Assembly: GCF_000372725.1 (NCBI RefSeq)
Contig: NW_005201269.1
Coordinates: 1-64,000, forward strand
Direction: 5' to 3'
Source of the DNA: Emiliania huxleyi CCMP1516
Taxonomy: Eukaryota
DNA: 64,000 nucleotides
The notes beneath the pieces were generated by a model. The model was not told the DNA's origin, made no database searches, and saw only the letters and a program-made list of their open reading frames with translations. This document shows positions 56,440 through 64,000 of the stretch, in pieces; the stretch's first letter is position 1, and each line of letters begins with the position of its first letter. Both the position numbers and the translations under genes were made by a program.

Positions 56440-58440
56440 CTAGTTAAGAGCCGACCGACCCTCGCGTCCGGTGCTCACCGACGGCCGGGCGGGCCGCCCG
56501 CCCACGCGCCGCCTACGCGCAGCGCGTGCGCCGCAAACTCGCCCGCCGACAGCGCTGGCCAGGCGCCATCGGCCGTCGCGAGAGGCCTGCCCGGCTGTCG
56601 CCGCGGGGCCCCCACGAACACCACGCGTCGGAGGCGGTGCCGCGCGAACTCGCGCGCAAAGTGCACGCCCCACGCCCGCCGCAGCGTCGTAGCGAAGTAG
56701 GACCGCGGCCGCCTCCTTCGCGCTACGCGCGCCGATCCGCCTCCAGTGCTGCTTGGATGCCGACTCCACCACACAGTCGAACAGCTGGTGCAGGTCGTCC
56801 GACGCCTCCGCGTAGGCCCCGACAACGAGGCTGCGCACGGTGCCAAACGAGCGCAGCACGGAGGAAACGGCGTCCCTCGAGCCGTTGTTCCATGCCTGCA
56901 CGTGCGGCTTGGCATCGAGCGCCGCCGCCCGCGCCTCGTAGTCGCGCTGGACAAGGTTCGCCCTGTCGGCGACAGCGCCGCCCTGGCCATCGTCGCGCGC
57001 CCGAGCGCTCATGTAGTGAGGCCCGCCGCGGTGGATGGTCTTGCCCTCGAGGAGGTGCTCCGCCGGCGGCTGCTCGGGCCCGCGCTGCACTGTCGTGCCG
57101 CGCCACCGGACAGACGGATGCGCCTGGCCTCGTGTGCCCGTGCAGCGCGCCGTGCGGGACTCGCGCAGCTTGCAGTGCAGGCGCCCATCCGGCACGATGC
57201 CGTTCTTGCCGCGCGTGCCAGCGGTGCCGTTGAGTGTGACAGGCGGGATGACGGCGCTGAAGATCTCGCGCGGTTCCTCCTTGCCGCGCAGCCCCGCGTG
57301 CAGCGCATCACCGATCACGCGTGAGAAGATGTCGTCGTGGCAGTTGCCGTGGGCGCGGTCGTTGAGCGTCGCCAAGCCCAGCTGGACGCCAAAGGCATCG
57401 CAGACTCGAGGAGGGCCGCGGCCGGAGCAGGCGATGCTCTTGCCCACGAGCGCGCGCACGGCTGGGCTCTCCCGGCCGAGGTAGGTGCAGAAGATCTCGC
57501 GGAACTCGCGCGCCTCGCACCGGTTCTGAGCCGAGGGCCATGAGCTCACCCACGCGGACGAGAACGAGTCGACGGCCAGCCACGCCTCCCGCCGCGTGTC
57601 GCCGTGCGGCAGCCCGAGGATGCTGCGGCTGAGCTGGTTGCGCTTGACCTGCTCCCGCTGCTGCGTCAGCTGCCGCTGTAGCCCAGCGCTGCCGGCCCGC
57701 CCGTTGCCAGCCTCGGGAGCCCGGACATCGAGAGGTCCCGCCACGCCCTCGCCGCGGACCTCTCGCTGCATGCCCTCCCACGCCTTCTTGAAGGACTCGC
57801 CCGTCGGCGTCAGCTGCCCCAGCTGCGCGCCGAGCGGGTTGACGTTGGTGGTGCAGCCCGAGAGGAAGCGCGAGAGGCGAGGGCTGTTCGGGTACGGCAA
57901 CTCGAAGGCGCCGTGGCCGAAGAGCGGAGCGAGCATCTGGAAGAAGCCGCGCTCTCTGCCGCCGCCGGGCGTCGACCTGTCGAGGAACCTCTCGGCCGCC
58001 TCGACAAAGCAGGCGCAGAACGCAGCCGGCGCCACCTCCTCGAGCGAGCGCAGGCCGAGGCCGCGCATCCGCGCAGGCAGGCGAGCCCGCCGCGCGGTGA
58101 TGGCGTCGCCGAGCACGCCCTCGTAGCCGCACGCCTCAGCGGCACGGGTGAGCGCAGCGTCGACGACGCGAGCGTGGGACACCGTCTTGTCGGGAGGGAG
58201 GTGCCGAAGGATGAAGTCGAACTTGGCGGAGCAGGAGTAGTAGATGGCGGCCCACAGCGCGTGGGGGCTCGCAGCACGTAGCGAAAGAACTGTCTTGTCG
58301 ATGTAGCTCACGATACTGCTCACCTGGGCGCGTAACCACGCATCCACAAACCCTGCCTCCCCCATTGGGCAGCCCGCGACCATCACGCCTCGGTACGTCC
58401 GCGACCCGCCATCCTCCTCCGGCAGTGCGAGAGGTTGTAC
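56440..58440 (-). mobile_element. 5'-truncated CRE-like non-LTR retrotransposon (RT thumb + restriction-like endonuclease)
   Basis: GVMVAGCPMG, ILRHLPP, ARLPARMRGLGL, C..CDAFG...HDD and VPDG...LLEGK (PD-(D/E)xK); frameshift near ~56700. Confidence 0.8.
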
Positions 58441-59807
58441 TCGGGAGAGAAGCACTCGAGCTTCGAGACCTGCATCTCGAGGTTGACACACTCACGGTTA
58501 TATGTCATCTCCCACGGTATCATATACTACAGATACGTAACATGCACATGTACGCAAGTTATGATCCTTTTAGGATTTTCCAAAAATGGGACGCGAGTTA
58601 AATTAGACGACTTGTTCACCCGTATCGTTGCTCGTGGCACCGTAGTCCGTACGTTAGCCTGCAGGCCTGAGCAGGCTATACACACCGCCCGCGCTCTCAG
58701 GCGGCCGAGTAGGCAGCCACACGTTTTTTTGCTAAGCTGCCATGAACACCGTAACAGCTTGTTCTGAACGTCCACTGCACACGTCCAGGTGTTCTGAACG
58801 TTCCTGAGTGGTGTAGCTCGGTGCACCTCAAAGGCCTCAAGTGCCGGTGACAACTCGTGCGCGTGTCGATCAACATGTTGACGCTTTGCGGCGTGGGCAC
58901 TGATAGACACAGCGCATGCCATGACGTCTTGAGGTTCACCAACGACAGGAGGTTGGCCCATGACTTCAGTGCCAGCGACAGAGACGTTGTCAGAGCTGGC
59001 GTCGTCTGCGGCACTGCCGCCGTCGCCATTGCCATCGCCACCGCCAACATCACCAGCACCTCCGCACAAATGGGATGCGTCACGGACGACGAACCATTAC
59101 CAAGAACCTTCGCCCAATCCGTCACGCTGGGATGCGTGGTCGCGAGAAGCGCCTTGGTTGCTGGCGAAGCCGGAAGCGAGCGGAGCCGGAGCCGAGCAGG
59201 ACCAGTGCGCGGTGGACGGTGGAATCCTTCGCACGGGCTGGGGCTGTTGTCGGGGAGGATTACATTGTTTGCCGCCGCGTGGACCGCACAGCCTTTCTGC
59301 GCAACGTGCAGAGGATCGCCGAGTGCATTGTGCACTTCTTCCTCATCGAGGAACTCGTGGCCGAGGACGATCAGCTCGTGATCGTGGACTGAGCCGCATC
59401 ACAGCTCGAGTGCTCTAGGGTGGGGTTTCGTACCACCGTCGTGCTCTCGTGCAAGGGCGGACCCACTTGCTCCACGCCCGCCCCTCGTAGACGGTTACCG
59501 GGAGCCATCGGAGATCATCTCGGGTCTCTGAGCGGCTACGATGTGGCGGCGTTCCGTCCGCCGGAGCCACGCGAGCGCAGCGAGCCGAAGCAAATTTTGA
59601 GCTGTGGCCTGTGGGCTGTATCTTCTATCTGCTAGTGGCTGGGGCAGGCGCAAGTGTTGTTCGCGCTCCCTAGCTCTTTGGTATTGTTGTTCAGCCGGCC
59701 TAACGTTAGCTACTGTTGTTGGGGAGCCCCACTGTTGTTCTGTTGTTACTGTTAACACTAGCAACACTGTTCAGCTCTTAACGTTTGACAGCCCTAAGGG
59801 TCCCCAA

Positions 59808-59972
59808 TACTCGACTGTTGCCATCCCAATCTGTCACTCCCCTCTCTCCCGGCCGGGGCGGGGCGCGCGCGGGGGCGGCGGGTGTGCGGGATGTCTGTGG
59901 GCCCGAGAGCGATATGCCCTGTGTCCGCCTTGCTTTGTTCTTGTTCCCTAACATCGAAGGCTAAGCTAAAAA
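59808..59972 (+). repeat. Dispersed repeat, direct copy 2
   Basis: tactcgact...ctgtcactcccctctctcccggccgggg...gtgtccgccttg...taacatcgaaggcta, shared with 51968-52225. Confidence 0.85.
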
Positions 59973-60218
59973 AAATCTTGTTTTTGTGACTAGTCTTTGT
60001 TAGATATCGAGGTCTCGTGAGTTTTTTATGGCACTGATAAATTCGCGCGACTCGCGGCGAGCCGAGCCAGGCCACGGCGCTCGGCCTGCTGAGAGAAGAC
60101 CTTCCCGAGCGCGGATTTGTCGGCTGTTGGTCGTAGGGTGTTGAATTGCCCTTCCCCTCAATCAAACTTACTTCCCCCCTTCATATTCGTTCCGCGAAAC
60201 AGTCTAACAGAGGGCCGT

Positions 60219-61400
60219 CTACAACAAGACAGCTACGGGAGAGACCCGCGCCGCCGCCAGCGGCGCCACAGCCTCCCACGCATTCTCGGCCGGGTCGTAC
60301 CGCTCCACCGAGCTGAGCGCGTTGTTGCAGCCTCCCACCGCGTACAGCTTGCCGTCGAGCACCGCCACGCCATGTTCGCCCCGGGCCGTCCCCATCGGCG
60401 CCACCGCCTCCCACGAATTGGCAGCCGGATCGTACCGCTCGACCGAGCTGAGGCGGGCACCGCCCCCGTCGCCGTTCCTGCCGCCGACCGCGTACAGCTT
60501 GCCGTCGAGCATCGCCACGCCGTGATTATACCGCGCCGTCCCCAGCGGCGCCACCGCCTCCCACACATCCAGTGCCGGATCGTACCGCTCCACCGAGCTG
60601 AGGAAGTCAGTATTGAAGCCGCCCACAGCGTACATCTTGCCGTCGAGCGCCGCCACAGCGTGATGGTCCCGCTCCGCCGCCATCGGCGCCACCGCCTCCC
60701 ACGCGTTCGCCGCCGGATCGTACCGTTCCACCGAGCTGAGGGTGCCGCCGTAGCCTCCGTACCCGCCCACAGCGTACAGCTTGTCGTCGAGCACGACCAC
60801 GCCGTGACACCACCGCGCCTCTGCCATCGGCGCCGCCGCCTCCCACGCGTTCGTTTCAAAGTCGTACCGCTCCACCGAGCTGGAAGTTGCTTCGTCGGCC
60901 TCATCCTCGCCATCCTCATCCTCGCCATCAGCCTCGCTCCGGCCGCCCGCCGCGTAGAGCTTGCCATCAAGCACCGCCGTGCCGACATACGTGCGTGCCG
61001 TCAGCATCGGCGCCACAGCCTCCTCCTCCCACTCATTCGTTGACGGGTCGTACCGCTCCAGCGAGTTAAGGAACTCGCCCTCGCTGTCTTGGCCGCCGAT
61101 CACGAGCATGCGCGGCCTCTCGCGCTTCTTCAGCGTCTCCTTCCAGCCGCGGCGCCACGCGCGGCACGTCCCCTTGACGGCGTGCTCCTTGGTCGGCAGC
61201 TGGGCGAGGATGTGCGGGGCGAGGTCCGGCGAGAGGAGGACCTCGGAGAGCACCCACTCGGGCTGCTCCACGAGCCGTGCGGCGTGCTCCTCCGCCACGC
61301 GCAGCGCAGCGTCGCTCGCGCCCGCCTGCGCCTCGATGATGGCGCACAGCTGCGCTGGCGAGAGGTTCGCGACGCGGGCGCCGATGCGGTGGGAGGCCAT
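60219..61400 (-). CDS. F-box-like/kelch-repeat protein (full 6-blade propeller)
   Basis: Same N-terminus as 44895; six kelch repeats; intronless. Confidence 0.9.
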   Translation of the reverse strand: MASHRIGARVANLSPAQLCAIIEAQAGASDAALRVAEEHAARLVEQPEWVLSEVLLSPDLAPHILAQLPTKEHAVKGTCRAWRRGWKETLKKRERPRMLVIGGQDSEGEFLNSLERYDPSTNEWEEEAVAPMLTARTYVGTAVLDGKLYAAGGRSEADGEDEDGEDEADEATSSSVERYDFETNAWEAAAPMAEARWCHGVVVLDDKLYAVGGYGGYGGTLSSVERYDPAANAWEAVAPMAAERDHHAVAALDGKMYAVGGFNTDFLSSVERYDPALDVWEAVAPLGTARYNHGVAMLDGKLYAVGGRNGDGGGARLSSVERYDPAANSWEAVAPMGTARGEHGVAVLDGKLYAVGGCNNALSSVERYDPAENAWEAVAPLAAARVSPVAVLL

Positions 61401-62544
61401 GTGGAGGAGAAAAACAAGCGGAGCGGCAGCGAGGGCGGATCGGGCCCCCTCCCCCCCCCTCCCCCCCGGGGGCACACAGGGCAGGCCAAAAAGAAAATAT
61501 CCGACAACAACAACAAGACAGCTACAACAAGAGAGAGGCCCGCGCCGCCGCCATCGGAGCCAGCGGAGAGGATTTCGCCCACAAGGGTGTGAGGTAGATC
61601 CTCTGCCGACACAACATAATCTCCTCTCGCCGTCTCGCGGCTTTGCGAAAAGAATTCGCTGGACCAGGATCCACCTTCATTTTTTGGTTTTTTGAGAATT
61701 CGCTCGTTGGAAAAGAATTTGACGAAGGCAGTGACAATTATCAATTTACCCGACATCAATCGTCGACGGCAAGCTCGAGAACTGCGCCTCCAAAGTTGCC
61801 CAGATTCGCCTCTCGCGGCGCGCTGAGTTAGTATCGCCGGTGCGCCAGCCGGCTCTGCTCCACAGCAGGGCATGCCTGACTGGCTCCTGCTAGCCGTGCG
61901 TCCTGGTGGCATCCATTGCCAGCTCAGGTAGCCCCAGGAGGTCGCCTCGCGCACAACTCGGCGCCGCACAGCACCGCTCCGCGTTACTACCGAGTTAGTA
62001 TCGTCGACCCACAGAGACTGCTCTTCTGTAGGTGGAGCCGACAAACGCCGGCCGGGTCGGCCCCGCCGCCCCCATCGCCGTAGCCGGGGCGGCGGCGGCC
62101 TCGGCGGACCATCCGACGCGCCGCGCGCCCGACGGGGAGGTGTTCACCACCCCTGGTTCCTCACCCCGCCACGCCTTCGTGCAGACGCCGTGGCACCCAC
62201 CTCAGGCGCCGCTCGGGCTCGGTTGACGGCCTCCCAAGTGCTTGGCTCGTGCCCAGCCGACCGGCAGGCGATGCCCACTCGCTGCTAGGCTAATCTCGGG
62301 CTGTCAAGCGGCGGTGTGGTGCCGTGAAGGGCAGCGGTGCCAAAACTACGACTATTAGTACCGTGCGGGGGCAGAGTGCACTTAATTCTGTCAAAAATCG
62401 AAATGTGCCCCGTGGGACGTATTGGGCTAGGATCATACGTCCGGGAGGCCCCCCTTGGCCTTGCGTGCCGCAACGACCCACAGTGCTGGTACCACTCTCT
62501 TCACAGCTCTTAAGTGTGCCATAACTACGATAGTGCGGGTACCC

Positions 62545-62715
62545 GCACTTGGAGCACTTGGAGTGCAGTCATTAACCGCACATCCAGGGCCGGGGAGCTA
62601 AGAAGAGCGCACCCAGCGGGCCGGATGATTGGCATCGGGTTACGGGCTAGAGAGCCCTAGCCCCGGGGGTGCGCGTTCGCAGGGAAAGGGCCGTAAAGTA
62701 AACACGGGTCTCCGA
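62545..62715 (-). mobile_element. ~170-bp dispersed repeat ending in (CTCCAAGTG)n
   Basis: Colinear copy of the family also seen at 20232, 25763 and 51886. Confidence 0.75.
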
Positions 62716-63049
62716 GGGTTGGCTCCGCGCTCCGGGTTTCCCCTTAGCAGCAGACCGCCCCCTCTACTCGGAGCTATAATGAACACCAGACATGCACACG
62801 ACACGCACTCTCACACGACGTCACCGCTCAGGGCCCCTTCGCGTAAGGTCCTCATCCTCACTCCGGAGGAGGCTCCCCTCTCCTCTGAGTTCTTCCTCTT
62901 GTTCGCCTGCCGAGGCGGTGCCCGGTGCCGAGCGCAGGCGGCCATCCATCCGTAAGATACGAGCTTGTATCGATAGAAATTGCGCCGTTGACATCTCAGC
63001 TCTTCACACGGCCTCCCTCGGCTCAGAGATTCCGCGACGTCCCTCAAAG

Positions 63050-64000
63050 TGATGGCTAACCTCGAAATCTGCACCTTGGATGGCTGCGCTCCCTGTTTCG
63101 CAGCCATCCGTGCTAAGGATGGCTGGCACGCCTAGATCTCAGCCATGCACTCCTACCGGATGGCTGAGAACTAGGCATGCCAGCCATCCTTAATTCACAT
63201 GGTTGCAATTAAAGCATCCTGGCCACTCCGCCTCCCAGCACGCGCCATTCTGGCTGCGTTCCCGTCAGCGCAGCCATCCTCCGGCCGATGGCTGCGATGG
63301 CTGTGTCCCGGCCATCCGCCCGGCCGCATGATTGATGGCTGTCATACAGCCGTCGCAGCCATCGGCCGGACGATGGCTGTCGCGAATTCGACCCAGCCTT
63401 CTCGCCGCCCCCGACACGACGAGCGCAGGTGGCTCCACTCACGCTGCGCGAGCCACCACACCCTTTTCGGATGNNNNNNNNNNNNNNNNNNNNNNNNNNN
63501 NNNNNNNNNNNNNNNNNNNNNNNNNNNNNNNNNNNNNNNNNNNNNNNNNNNNNNNNNNNNNNNNNNNNNNNNNGACGTCGCGCTCGTTCATGACGACGTT
63601 GAGGTGGGAGCAGAAGCCCGACGTGGCGATGAACCAGTTCGGATCTTCGACCACGTCGGGCACGACAGGGACAGGGTTGAACGGAGCAAACAGTGGCCCG
63701 CGTTCGGTCAGCAGCGCCAGGTTTGCTAAAAGAGTGAACATGCGCGCTTGTAGGGTATGCTGGCGGCGGGCAGCCGCTCGGGTTCGATCACTCTGGGCTA
63801 ACCTCGAAATCTGCACCTTGGATGGCTGCGCTCCCGGTGTCCCAGCCATCCTTAGCACGGATGGCTGCGAAACAGGGAGCGCAGCCATCCAAGGTGCAGA
63901 TTTCGAGGTTAGCCCAAAGTGATCGAACCCGAGCGGCTGCCCGCCGCCAGCATACCCTACAAGCGCGCATGTTCACTCTTTTAGCAAACCTGGCGCTGCT
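63050..64000. repeat. CAGCCATCC/GGATGGCTG motif array and long palindrome centred at 63855
   Basis: 63710-63851 is the reverse complement of 63859-64000 with about 4 mismatches; more than 10 cagccat/atggctg motifs in 63050-63380. Confidence 0.9.

Noticed and set aside
51968..59972. Intact LTR retrotransposon
   Set aside because: No TG...CA termini, PBS/PPT, gag, integrase or LTR-type RT seen.
60219..61100. Regular ~140-bp nucleotide repeats as a non-coding array
   Set aside because: Fully explained by coding kelch repeats; the same holds for the NHL repeats at 20750-21430.

Overview
GC-rich eukaryotic genomic DNA with short spliceosomal introns, many with GC donors and 10-bp tandem repeats, plus three 100-N assembly gaps. 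The composition suggests a haptophyte alga such as Emiliania/Gephyrocapsa huxleyi; this is an inference, not a verified identity. Housekeeping-type genes are cytosolic TrpRS, ATP synthase subunit d, a mitochondrial carrier, LOG, an EBP-like protein, a JmjC protein and a choline-kinase-like protein. They are interspersed with intronless ubiquitin-ligase adaptors (F-box/kelch x3, NHL-BTB, F-box fragments), two DUF3431-like genes and many 5'-truncated non-LTR retrotransposon pieces, several with clear target-site duplications (TSDs). Most notable: (1) a signal peptide-C-type lectin-7TM-TIR receptor-like gene about 1.3 kb from a HET/TIR-like-ARM gene, a candidate algal innate-immune module; (2) an F-box protein carrying tandem H3-like and H4-like histone folds with an acidic insert; (3) an AlkB-UBA-Bles03/eIF4E-like fusion; (4) an ankyrin-ubiquitin-GG-Myb fusion; (5) very short TSD-flanked retroposon tails, a circularly permuted ~165-bp repeat, and a long palindrome running off the right end. 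All domain calls come from motif recognition by eye, not from database searches.
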